The position numbers were made by a program, and so were the translations under genes. Positions 38,847 to 50,816 of a stretch of 64,000 bases of DNA are shown here, in pieces. The notes beneath the pieces were generated by a model, which had not been told where the DNA came from, made no database searches, and saw only the letters and a program-made list of their open reading frames with translations. The stretch comes from Vitrella brassicaformis CCMP3155 (lineage: Eukaryota > Protista > Chromerida). Numbering within the stretch: position 1 is the first letter of the stretch; the number at the start of each line of letters is the position of its first letter. The stretch lies in assembly GCA_001179505.1 (NCBI GenBank), contig CDMY01000158.1, positions 62,001-126,000 of the forward strand, written 5' to 3'.

Positions 38847-38979
38847 TGGAGCTCGGCGAGCGACCCATGGACGACGATGGCCCGGGTCCCCCCCCGCCCC
38901 CCCAGCCACCGAGAGGCGCTGATCGGTCGTCGCTGCGGAGCGACAAGGACGATGAGGGCAAGGAGGGGGACGACGACAC
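38841..38979 (+). repeat. Partial third copy of ~36613-36751
   Basis: tggccctggagct..gcgacccatgga.gacgatggccc...gacgacgacac is shared. Confidence 0.85.
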
Positions 38980-39782
38980 CAGCGGCATGGGAGCCGCTGC
39001 TGCCGCTGGATGCCGGCCCAGGTCGTTGTCGTCTCCAAGGGGGACTGCTGGATCGATCGGACGGTAAGTCAGTCCGTGAATGGATCTGATGACACGTACA
39101 TGAGGTGATGGCCTGCTTCCTCTTTTTTTCTGTATTCTATGTGCCTCTCAGTGACGATTCCCGTCAATCTCGCGACCGTCGCGCCCGCAGTCCGTCCCCC
39201 CGTCGCCACCCCAACCGGCCCGGAGTGACCGACGATCACTTCAGCTACGGATACCCAGACCCCCCACACACCTCGGCGCTCCACGAAGACCCATTCACCA
39301 TTAATGACGCAGCACAGGCGGGTCTGCGGTGGCAGCAGCCACGCAGGCACGCACCCAGAGACCGAGAGGTCACCCCATCCCACCCACCACACAATGGGGA
39401 CCCGCCATGGGAGTCTGGCCAGAGGGGGGGCTCGCTGGCGACATTGGGAGGGCGAGGAGGGCCTGTCTTGTGCGGATCAGCGCGTCAAGGCGAAGCTGAG
39501 GTTGCTTGAGGCGTTGGGTCGGTTCATGGGTATGGTCATGACGACAGCCTCGCCGCTGAACCTCACACTCAACCCCCTCATGTGGAAGAACCTGACGGCC
39601 GTGCCCATATCACTGCAGGTGAGGAACCGACATGCACACAGGCACATGGATGGATGGCGATCGGACGCACATTGTGCTTTTGTCACTCATGTCAGGACCT
39701 TAACGACGCCGACAGTGAGGCTGTCGAGTGGTTGCGGCAGATGAGGGCACTGGATGGCGGGGAGGGGCAATGGTGTGTATGC

Positions 39783-39837
39783 ACACCATCATGTCAGAGT
39801 GTCGGTGTCTAACACCATCATGTCAGAGTGTCGGTGT
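39783..39837 (+). repeat. Tandem duplication, 29-nt period
   Basis: acaccatcatgtcagagtgtcggtgt x2. Confidence 0.9.
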
Positions 39838-41317
39838 AGACACATTGGCACTTTCTGGTGGGTACTTTCTGGTTGCGTGACTGACTTATTTGTAAATGAC
39901 TTTTCATGCAATTCTCCCGTCTTTGTTTTCCCCCTGACCTGACCTGACCTGTTCTAGCCAGGCGTCCACCGAGAGAGGAAAACATTTTCTCCGGTTTGTT
40001 TGCACCGGCCAGATGTTTTTAATGTGTACACACACACACACACACAGTGTCACATACATACCATACACTTCCTTACTTCGGACGGACAGGGCTGACTGTC
40101 TGAATGGCTGGGTACATGCCATGCACTACACTCATCCCACTCACTCACTCACCACACACACTCACACACCACCTACCTGAATGCAGTGTGTTTATGCTGG
40201 GTGGATATAAGTGAGTAGCTGACCTCACTGACTGCATCGCTTTTGTCCTGCGCGCCCCGCAGATGACATTGTGCCATCGTCATGCCATGACGATCGCCTT
40301 CGTACTCGGCATCGGTCTCCTTTTCCCATCCGGCCGTCGGCGGCAGCCTTTTGAGTATTGGCGCGACACCTTGGCTCGCTCTAAGTGTGTGTTGTTGGCC
40401 ACCTCGTGTGTGTGTGTGTGTGTGTGTGGTCCTTCATTCTTCATAGCTGCCTCCCGCTGACAGCGCACTGTCCGCACTGTACAACGCGTTCGATAGACAC
40501 AGTCACTTGTTTGCAGTGATGCGCTGTGCCTGCTATACTTGCTGAACCCCTCTGTATGTACCACCCACTACTGTACACCATGTCAGTCATGTTATGCACG
40601 TGACTGATGGACTGACTTGTGGGTACGGATCGGATGGACAAGACGGTCTCGGCCATGCATATGCCAACCTACCGCACACACACACACGCGTACGTGTCAG
40701 TCATGTTTTCCTTGATCTCTGCCCTGCCTGCACTCATGATTCATTTCATTCGTTTGGCAAGCTTCCGTGTCGATCGTTTGGATAAGTATTTGCATTCCTA
40801 CACTCAATACAATGAATGGTGCGCACCGCACCTCAGTGAACTTTAACTCTCCCACACATAACTCTCCCACACATCACACAACAGTCAACACACAACGGAC
40901 ACACAGATGTCGACTCATGACATCAATCAGCTGGGAGGAAGCGGGCCGTGGCCAGCTCACTCAAATGGCAGGCTAATCAGTCGGCGCGCATGATATCTAT
41001 CATCACGTGCGCCTCACTCCAAAAGCGCACGGCGAGGAATTGGCGAGAATTCGGTGACAGAGAGACATCGCCACTTTTTTCGCGGGATGGATCGCCATCC
41101 TGTGCAATATCCTGTGCCATCCAGTGCTTCCTGCCGTTCCGACACCTCTCTTTCAGCGACTGCATCGCAGTCCCACCTCTTCGCTTCACCATCGCCGCCA
41201 ACGCGCCTGGCGCCATCTTCAGCCGCAGCTATTCAGGGCTGACAAGGTGAGGAGCAGGTGAAGTGAAGCGCTCAGTGATGCCATCTTTGTGCCGCCGCAA
41301 TTGGCGTGTGCTCTGAA

Positions 41318-44311
41318 ATGCAGACTGCTGACCCGTCTGCAAGGAAGAGCAGCGTGGCTGTCCCCCGGCTGCCCCTTGTTTTTTGCGTGAGAATCGTGAT
41401 GCATGTGTTGAAGGAGGTGCGCGTCAACGAGGAGGACCAGACGCCCGTGCTCGGCGCCGCACTGCCCAACCCGCTGTCCGGGTTCATCAACGAGCACGGT
41501 GGCGGCAACAACGCCAGCATCCTCACCACCACGGACGCCCCAAGCCGCATCTGGAAGACAGTGCCCATCGAACAACACACGTGCCTGTCGGATGTGGAGG
41601 AATTCTAGCACGTTCAAGACGCTAATGCTGCCAACCACCAACACCAGCAGCCTCGGCAGCACCGCCCGGGGTGAGCGAGAGACCGGCAGTGCGGCAGCGG
41701 CTATCGAAACGAGCAGGCTGGAGCACTTGCGGGACTCGGCAAGTGCCGACCTCACTGCAATAGACGATGGGCCGACCAAGGCCCCCTTTGTGCGGATCTT
41801 CGGCGCCCGCATCGACCCTGAGCGACCGGCCATGCTCGTCGAGGGCGATATCGAGACCCCCATGGAACAAGTCCCACCAGGTGCGTCTGCGTGTCACACG
41901 AAAGAAAGGAAGGAGGGAATCTAGAGAGGGGCAGAAAGAGAGGATCTCATATTCTCTGTCCCGTGCTCTTCTTCTCTTCCGTGTGTGTTGACTCACTCAA
42001 TCAGGCGCCTACACGCCGCTGGATGGGTTTCTGAGAGTGCAGTCGTTCACGGCCCAGCCTAGGCCGTTCTCGATGGTCACTCGGAGGCTGAGCTGGTGAA
42101 TGGTGTGGGGCTGCTCGGTGGTGAGCAAGGGCTCCCATATCCGCTCCATGTACTCGTGAAGGACCTCGCCCAGCAGCACAGAAAGGGCCTCCGCCCCAGG
42201 GCAAAGAGGATGGCCACCTCCCTCACCCACATCTTGGCTCACGGGCACCCCCGCCGCTTTGGACGAGGTGACGGCCCTGCTGCTGGTTTGGGAGTGGCGG
42301 GCCAAGGACAGTTCCATGGGTAGCATGACGGCGGCCGAGCAGCAGGCCGTGTGGGCGGCGGTGGCGAGGGCGGAGGACCGCATGAGGGCGGCAGGCTACG
42401 AGCGGCTGTTTAAGTGCGGAGGCAGGGGCCAACGCGACGGCCGAGGACGACCAGAGGATGGTGGAGGCCATCTGTGCCAAGGCAGCCCTGGACCACATCG
42501 ACACATTTCGCCACACCACCGACCCTCATACCGGCCTCCCTCGATTGCCCTCTCGCCCCACAGACGCCGCCCCCTCACTGCTCGACAGGATGGACAGGGA
42601 GCCGCATCTCACGTGGCTGAATGGCGTGGCGGCGTGGCTGGCGAATCTGGCGCTGCACGCATGCCAGCCGGAGCTCACGGGCAGACACATCACCTTGGAG
42701 CAGATCGAGAAGAGCCTGTACGAGCTCCATGAGTCCTTCATGAAGGAGTCCTTCGTGGTGCAGGCCAGTGTGTGGGAGGCCCCAGCCACAGCAGACAAAG
42801 TGATAGACCTGGCCATCACCATGTCGAACAAACAGGTGTGTGGCAATGGACGAAAAGAAAGAGAGAGAGAGAGAGAGGTTTGTTTTACTCCTGTATGCTT
42901 GCTGGATTTGCGTGCCTGTGTGCAGGGGTGTGTGCCTCTGGTGCATCCCTCACGTGGCGAGAAGCCAGGAGAGCCCCCCTCGGCAGCAGAGGGGGGCTCG
43001 GCGGCCGAGCGTCAGCAGCGCCGACGCCCCCTTCGCTGTTCCAGCAGACAGAGAAGCGCATGGAGCGGCTGCCACACCGCCTCGTCACTGTGGACGAGCT
43101 GCTGATGCAGATGGAGCAGCGCATCTCGATGCCCACTGGGTGGCCAACAAGTAGACAGACATGTAGATTAGTCACTTTCATGTCTCGCATTTGCTCGTGT
43201 CCGTCTCAGGACATCTCTGCACATCGCTGCCCACGTTTTATATCTGAGTGGAGTGGAGTGTCCAAGGACAGCACCCATCGCCTGTCGCCCATGCAGAGAG
43301 CAGCGGGGTTGCCGACGCCAACCACCCCATCGAGGATGCCGGTGGTGTGTCTGGCCATGGCGCGACGAATGGGCTGGTTGTCGAGGGTATGGGGATGGTG
43401 GGGGAGCCGCTGGTCAAGGACGTCAGGCGAGAAGACACGTCGCCGGCAGAGGAGGGCGCCGACACCGCGAACGACACAGCCGGGAGGGAGGAGGCGGGCG
43501 AGAGAGAGGTGGAGAGGCAGGTGGACGAGGAGGAGCTGCCTGACGCTACCCCTGACACCACACAGCAGCAGCCGCCCGTCGAAATAGCGCCGCCCGAGAG
43601 CGAGAGGGAGGGAGTGGAAGTGCAGGAGTTGGAGGCGGACCAACACTTACCACAGGTATGTGCCTGATGCCCGCCACATGCACATCCATCCATCCATCCA
43701 CAAATGTTCTGTCTGTCTGTGTCTCTGTCTGTGTCTCTGTGTGCGTCTTGTCAGGTGTTCAAGTCTGACCCCGCACCTACATCGCCACCCCAAGAGGTGC
43801 GCACCCCGGTCGTGGCCGAGCCAGCCAGCCTCTCCCGCACCCCCAGCATCCCGCCGCACATTGCTGCCCCCGCCGCTGCACCACCACCACCCACCAACTA
43901 CACACCACCCTACCCCTACGCCACTGGACCACACCCCCTCGCAGCCGCAGCACCCAACCGGCACTCGCTCCCAAAAGCACCTATGTGCCAGTGCCCGGCA
44001 TCGAGGCTGCATTCGAGCCGCTGGCCAAGGTGCTGGTCCCCTGGCATATGGCGCCTCTGCGCGTCAGGCAGGACGGCCTTGAGGGGGGCTGGTACTTCAA
44101 TCCTCAGCAGCGCCGCTGGGATCTGTGGGAGTGGGACGACAGCGTCGACATGTGGGGCGTCAAGTCGTCCACCCAGGACTGGTGGATGCGGGCGGCAAGT
44201 GCGACCTGGCAGTGGCGACCAGACAACGAGGAGCTGCGCCAGAAGACAGTGTCAGCCATGTCGGCTCTGTGGGAAGGGGTAGTGGGCCTTTTCTCGTGTG
44301 AGTGCCAGTGA
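41318..44311 (+). pseudogene. Multi-exon hypothetical gene with several frameshifts and a Trp-rich C-terminus (pseudogene or error-rich assembly)
   Basis: Protein-like frame switches at ~41605, 42061, 42250, 42425, 43030 and 43971. C-terminal GWYFNPQQRRWDLWEWDDSVDMWG..WWMRAASATWQWRPD. Confidence 0.55.
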
Positions 44312-44687
44312 GGGCCCTGGGGGAGGGGAGAGGAGAGGAGGGGGCCGTGGCTGTGGGGTGGTGGCTGCATGGGTGTTTGCTTGAGGTTGGTTGGCGTGTT
44401 GTCATGCTTCAGAGATCATTCCATGTTACATAACTGCATGGAGCGAGCGAGGCAGGAGGGTGGAAAAGAGGACCGTGTGGAGTCGCTCGGTGACATCGTT
44501 GTCTACATTTTATATTGGTGCGCTCTGTGAGACAATGGCCAGGTGCATGTCTTATTAAATCAGCCGTCGTCCATGCTCTTTTCTCAATTATTCCATTCAC
44601 GACCATATCATTCAATTTCATCCATCTCATTTCTTCTCTCTTCTCAGGCAGGCACCACATGCAGATCCAATCGCACAGTATCTAACG

Positions 44688-45367
44688 TCACGGCGGCGCG
44701 ATGCCCTTTTTCCGCAGGTAGCGCCTCTGGAATCGATTGCCCCTCTCGGTGAGGGTGGTGTCGTCCACATCGTCAAAGTCCACCGTCAGCTTCTTGCCCT
44801 CGACGATCTCCTCCAGCGACGCACGAGGTAAACCGCTCTTGTCAAGACGAACGATCTCGTCCTTCAAGATCCTGACACACACACGTGTGAGTTCTGCGAT
44901 GCACACATCCATCCACCGGCACGTGTACCCACCTACCTCTTGAAGTTGGGGACGCCCAGCAGCTTCTCCCTCAGCCCCGTCATGCGCCTCTCTATCAGGA
45001 AGCCCCACCCGATGTTGGCAAACGTCAATATCACCGCCAAAGTGAAGAGTGCCAGGGCCGTGGTGGCACCGATGCGGAGCAGCGTGTCAAACACGGGGTT
45101 CTCGTACATCAGCTGCGAGAGCACCAGGCTAGGCAATGCCCCAGTCACGCCGTCAGCTTGAGGATGGGCCAAGTCATCAGGCGGGGCGATGGGGAGAAAG
45201 GAGAGATCGTTGACGGCTGCTGGAGTCCTCAAGAGCGAAAAATCGCTGTCGGGCAGCCTCGCGACGCCTGAATGAAGAGATGAGGGTGCCGACGGTCCAA
45301 AGTGGAGCGCTGGCGGCGGTTGGAAAGCATCAGCACTGACAGCAAGCGCCAGGATCTGCCATAGCAT
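44688..45367 (-). CDS. Probable plastid-targeted single-pass membrane protein of unknown function
   Basis: Two exons, 45367-44937 and 44871-44688, join in phase (FK-R|ILKDE). Leader MLWQILALAVSADA-FQPP is followed by a Ser/Pro-rich transit-like stretch. TM segment ATTALALFTLAVILTFANIGWGFLI. Confidence 0.75.
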
Positions 45368-45677
45368 AGCTCTGTAGAGGCTACAGAGAAGCTGCATCTT
45401 CGTCGCCAGAAGACACTCACACGACGATGAATAAAGAGCCTCAAATCAACGGATCTTCACATCCGCAGCTGTTCTGCCGCTGACGATGCGCCTGTTGCTT
45501 GTGGACTTGTGGACTTGTGGGACTTCTCCTTCTCTTTCCCTCCGCTAAGCTCGCAGATGCCAAGCTCCCTCGAGGAGAAGAGCTGAAGGCGGATCGGCGT
45601 CGCCCGAGCAGCATCAGGAGATCCACATTGAAAGGAAGCAGAAGCTGATCTGATCATCTGTCATCCAGTGTCATCGA

Positions 45678-47843
45678 GTGTCCGTCATGGCCAGGCCTTC
45701 TGCAGCGGCAGGCAGAGCCGGCGGCGACGCTGGTGCTCCAAAGAAAGACAAGTGGAGCAAACGCGCCAAGGAAGAGCAGGACGAGAAGTGGAGGAAGACC
45801 CGGAATCTCGTCATCGGTCAGTACTCGTGTGCTCATTGGGATGCACAACGGCTTTGCAATGGTGCATATGTGTGTGCTGCAGGTCTGGGAATGCTGGGCT
45901 TGCTGTCGGGTGGTTTGTTCCAGGTCGTCTACACGATTTGGGATGCAATCTATGGCGGATTCCACCACATACCTCTTGACAACAGCAACAAACTCAAAGG
46001 TCAGGCAGACAGACACGCATCAAACCGTGCAGCCGTTCGCAACACAGAGCAGATGCTGCGCTGTGTTCCTTCAGATGTGTTCTTTTCGGGCGAGCCCTGG
46101 CTCGTTCACTGCACTTATCCCGACTCGACCACGCCGTAAGCACACATCAGCACCAAGCTGCGCTACTGCTGCAGCTCATCGTTGGGTGTGGACTCAATGC
46201 GTTCAGGATGGTTCATCCGGTGCTGCAGAATGCCCGCACGAAGCTCTCCACTGAAGGCTTCAGGCTGGGCACCATGGACTGTGGATGTGAGAAATCATAG
46301 ACAGGCAGCAGGCACACATGATGGAGCTGTTTGTGGTCTTGTATCTGACAGCTCCGATGGCGTCGAAGCACAACAAGAGTGTGGTAGACCGCTTCCACCT
46401 CCCCAAGACAGCCGTGGGCTTTGTGGTGGCCAACGGCGACAAACCCAAGCCACTCACACACCAAAGTCTGACTGACGCCAAGAAGCTCACCGAATACGCC
46501 AAGAAGGCCGCCGAACCAAAAGTCGTCCAAATCGTTTCGGTACGTGCGAATGAGAAAAGTGAAGGAAAGGCCACGAGCGAGGCATTTCGTTGCTCCCTCT
46601 TGTTTTGTGCAGGTTCATGAGTTTCCGGCTCACTGCACGGAGAGGCGTCGGTGTGTGGTGTTGGGTCAGAGGGGCGGTGTGGCCAAGAAGATGCGTCAGG
46701 AGATCCTGCCGCCGCTGATGCACGACAAGAAGGTCCGGGGCCTCAAGCTCGTCTCAGTCGACACGGCCAAGTTCCAGGTATGTACGCGCCGACGATACAG
46801 TAAGCCTCTCGTGATTCGATGACGTGGGTGTGGTTGGTTTGTGTGGTCAGGTGAAGTTGGATGAGAAGATTCTGTCGACGCGTAAGAAACTCCCGAAGGA
46901 TAAGGATGGCAAGGCGTCCGACTCGCGAGGGCTGACAGCCATGTGCCTGCACAGATCAGATGAACCGAGTGGTCAAGCTGATCAAGGTATGTCATGCGAG
47001 CCACGACACACTGATCGATCAAGGGGCGCATGGACGGATATCGAGTGGGTCGATTCGGTTTCTCCCTCTCAGATGAGGAGAGCGGCAAGGCGAAAGGGGG
47101 CAAGGGGAAGAAGAAGCCCGCGGGGACCTTCTACGGCTCATTTCACAACGGTGAGCCATTCACACAGTCCTCTGAATTGCAATAGACCAACACAACCGCG
47201 TCACCGTCTGTGTGTGTGGGCGCAGGTGAGGTGACAGATGACAATCCGGGCGGGCTGGGCAAATTTATCCGGGCCTGCGGGACGGTCGCTCTGGGAGCAG
47301 GTAGACATGCAGATGCGAATCCATACCCCAGTCGATTTCGCCCTGTGGCATGTAGGTTCCGGAGCTTTAGTGAAGCTCGACCATCCTCCCAAGATCTCCC
47401 TGCGCATCAGACCCACACCACAGACCGCCCAACAGCAGCAGAGGCAGCCACCACCCGAACGGCCACCACCATCCTCCTCCCAGCAGCAGAAGCAGCAAGA
47501 GGATCTGGATGATGTGGATTGGGCGAGCTATGGTTTGGGTGACGAGTGGCGGGAGGACGGGGGCGATGATGAGGGTGAGGGTGTGCCTCGGCGTGCGGCG
47601 GGGCCAGAGGAGCTCGAGTTTGTGGATGAAGACGACTATGTGGAGGCGGGGGGGGACGCGGAAGGCGACGAGGATGACGAAGGGGAAGTGGTGAGAAAGA
47701 CACAAGGGAGGGAAGATATGGGTGGGTGCGGGGCATCGCTATCCTACCCATTTGTGTGTCTTGTTCGTGTTGTGTGTGCAGGTTTGGGTGTGAGAGGATG
47801 GGCTGTTTTTCCTGTGGATAGGGCGATCGACTCAATAAGTTAA
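45678..47843 (+). CDS. Membrane-anchored protein with a probable non-catalytic thioredoxin-like fold and an acidic tail
   Basis: Phase-compatible exons. TM GMLGLLSGGLFQVVYTIW. FFSGEPWLVHC..VHPVL..FRLGTMDC..VVDRF.L..VGFVVANG resembles a Trx-like topology. No CxxC seen. Confidence 0.5.
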
Positions 47844-48131
47844 GGCAGGGCCGAACGGTCGGCCTGGTGGGATGCGTGACTGCACAGACAGCTTTCGGTG
47901 TACATGTCTGTGTGTGTGTGCATGTGTGTCGACTCTCTCTCGTGTCACTCATCGATCGACGCGATGACTGAATGCAATGAAGGGATGTCTCGTTCGAAAA
48001 AGAGTGTTCACTCATCCATTTCAACCATTACATGCATCCACCGTCAGTCGGGGTGGAAAAACTCTGCTCCCCTCCTTCAGCCTTCCGCCTGTGCACAGCA
48101 TACCCCTCGTTTCGCACGTCGATGACGAGCT

Positions 48132-50551
48132 TTATGCAACTCGCCACTGATGTGCGGGCAGAGGAGTGTACGTAAGCACCAGATGGCCTCTTCTTCCCCT
48201 CCCTCGAGGGTCAGCTTCATCCAAGTGCCTCAGCGACTCGGTACGATGTCTCCTGATCGGCTGCTTCCTGATCAGGAGACGGCGTACCTGATCCCAGAGG
48301 TAATGGGATGAAACGACCCGAGACTGCAATACTCTACACAGAGACGCCCCACCGATCGCTCTCTCACTCACTCACTCACTCCCCTGTAACCAGCCACGCA
48401 TCCTCATACATACGAAGAGCCATCCCTGTTCTCCCTCCCCCTTTATCGGCCATGCGGCTGCGACACCTTCCTGTTGGTGCCCTGCCCGTACGGCACCCCC
48501 TGGCCGCCAGGAGGCCCCGGCTGCTGCTGCAGGTGCGCATACCCGCCGCTGACATGGGGCGGCGCGATCTGGAAGGGATGTGGCGACGCCATGCCAGTGG
48601 CCAGCGGGGGGCGAAACTGGGCGTAGGCAGGGGGCGAGTACGAGTAGAAGGCCGGGCGAGCGATGCCCCCACTGGTGGGCGACCGCGGCATGGCTGGTGG
48701 TGGTGGCCCGGCTGGGAAGTGCGGGACGAATGGGTGCGGAGGGGGGCTGTAGGTGATGCTGCCCTCGTGCGGGATGGCCTCATGTCCACCAACACCACCA
48801 GCAGACGACGGCACATGCTGCGATGTGCCAGCGGACGTCACCCCACCTGCAGCAACATAGGCGTGCACCACAGGCGCAGGGGCGCCCTCACCAACCGAGT
48901 ACGACAGCGACGGCATGAGCGGGGCCGCTGCCTTCGCTGGCGGCTCCGTCACGCCACTCCCCTTCTCGACAGCCTCCTGGGGCACCTCGTCCCCCTCTCC
49001 CGTCATCTTGCGGCTCTCCTCACTGGCCTCGTGGTCGACAGAGGGAGGTGAAGGCGACCCAGGTCCACTGCCTGCACGCGGCTGCCCACCGGTCCTCTTG
49101 CCCTCTGCCGTCGCCTTCCCTTTTGGCTTGGCCTTGCCGGCAGCCGCACTTGACGGACGGGGGGGCTGCTTGGCGGCCGTCGCGCTGGCCGGCTTGGTCT
49201 TGGGCGGCGGCGGCGGCGTCGACTTGGCCGTATGTTTGGCTGCAGGCTTGGCCTTTGCTGGGGGAGGCTTCGGGTGCGCATCAGAGCCTGAAACAAAATG
49301 ATAAATCAGACGACAGAAATGAGAGCCCAGATGCTACTCAGATGTGTTGGTGTTTGCGCACCAGCAATGCCATCTGTGGTCTCGCTCTGCGCCTCCTCGG
49401 GCGATTCCGCCGGGTCCCGCCCTGCCCCCGCCTCGTGCAGCATTGCTGCCGCTGCTGCCGCGACAGTCACGCCCTCACCGTCACCACCACCACCAGCAGG
49501 CGCCGTGCCCGCCTCGTCCTCCCCACCCGTGGATTGCTGCTGTGGCGCCAGCGTTGGCGGCAGGTGCAGGCGGGGCACTGCGCGGCTGGAGCCAGCCGCG
49601 GCCTTGGGCACCATCAAATGAAGCTGCAAACAGTGAAGGCGATATGAGATTATCACAGGCCTGTCAGAGTGTGGTTGGTGTGTGCGCGTGTATACCGTGG
49701 CTGGTCCCGGGGGCGATTGAGCGTCACTATCGAAGGGTGCCGCCTCGGAGAATGGCGAGGCCGATGGGAGAGGGGAGGCCGCCGCTGTAGAGGGACTCAC
49801 TGGCTCCCTCTCCTCTGACATATCCAACAGGTAAAAAGATGTGATCGGCGAGCAGATGCCAGCCGTAATTAAGCGTCGCTGACCAGCAGGGTGCAGCCTC
49901 ATGTACTCGTTGAGTCGTGTGGTGGCCTCGTCGCGGTCGAGCTGGGCCTGGTGGAACGCACTGGTCGCCTTCAACAGCTTCTCCTCGAGCAACTTGTGCT
50001 GCACACAGACCACACCCCGTGGGTGTAGATGTTGGCCGCGGTGGGTGTAGATGGCTTACTTGTTTCTCCATTTCTTGGATCCGCTCCATCTGCTGGACTC
50101 GGATGGCGTCGAGCCGGATGGCCTCCTGCTCGTAGTGCCGGGCCTTGCCCAACATGTCATCGGCGTGTTGACAACCAAACACTGCAACCACACACACGAG
50201 CACACAGAGCACTCATTCATTCCCTCTCCTCTCGAGCTGTGTGCTGTGCTTACAGTTGTTAGGAAAGATGCCTATGATGACCTCCCCCTCCTCGATGCGG
50301 TCAGTGGACGCACATGACGGGGCAGGCTCCTGCCCGTCGTCCTTGGGGTGCACTTTGGTGCAGCGATAAAGAGCGATTTTGTCGGCAGGGATGAGGGTGC
50401 CCAGGTTTGCCGTCACGCCCATGGCCTCGCTGAAGTGCTCCACCTGAACAACAGGCCCAAGGAGCGCATCAACGCGTTTCCGTGCCTTTTTCGACGACTT
50501 GCTGTCGTCTATGTGGCTGCCCCTCTGCTCACTGCTTGTTCGACGGTGCAT
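48132..50551 (-). CDS. Hypothetical protein: small globular head, coiled coil, Pro/Lys/Ala-rich tail
   Basis: Exons encode QVEHFSEAMGVTANLGTLIPADKIALYRC, HYEQEAIRLDAIRVQQMERIQEMEKQ|HKLLEEKLLKATSAFHQAQLDRDE and KPPPAKAKPAAK. Both ends are approximate. Confidence 0.55.
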
Positions 50552-50816
50552 GACTGCAGCTTGAGGTCGGTGGCATGCAGCCCAGCATACAGCTTGATCG
50601 GCATCGCGCTCCTCTGTGACGGGGTCACCCGCACCGATTCGCACTGATGCCTTACGCGCCTTGAATGGATGGGATTGATGGACAGCTGATGGACCAACTC
50701 ACAGCACCGGGAAAGAAGCGCAAAACTTGGGGTCCTTGGCTTCAAGCTCGCATTTCCGTGAAACCGCTCTCTCGGGAAGTGGCCTGCAACCTTCCCCGCC
50801 TGGACAAGCACCGACT

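Larger units (their letters stand above)
36909..39770 (+). pseudogene. Disrupted continuation of the HECT gene: coding-like pieces, duplicated fragments and the rest of the HECT N-lobe
   Basis: Protein-like frames switch at ~36897, 36972, 37820 and ~39425. The HECT N-lobe resumes with LLEALGRFMGMVMTTASPLNLTLNPLMWKNL|DLNDADSEAVEWL (39480-39760). Confidence 0.6.

Noticed and set aside
9809-39837. Short direct repeats and (TG)n/(CA)n tracts as CRISPR or transposon ends
   Set aside because: Only two-copy tandem units with no spacers; no terminal inverted repeats, target-site duplications or transposase/RT ORF
36890-43985. Programmed ribosomal frameshifting
   Set aside because: Shifts go in both directions, with no common slippery heptamer or AAA-stop motif; the homopolymer pattern fits errors or slippage
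48132-50551. SAS-6/XRCC4-like call (head, coiled coil, disordered tail)
   Set aside because: Only the general layout matches; no diagnostic residues recognised
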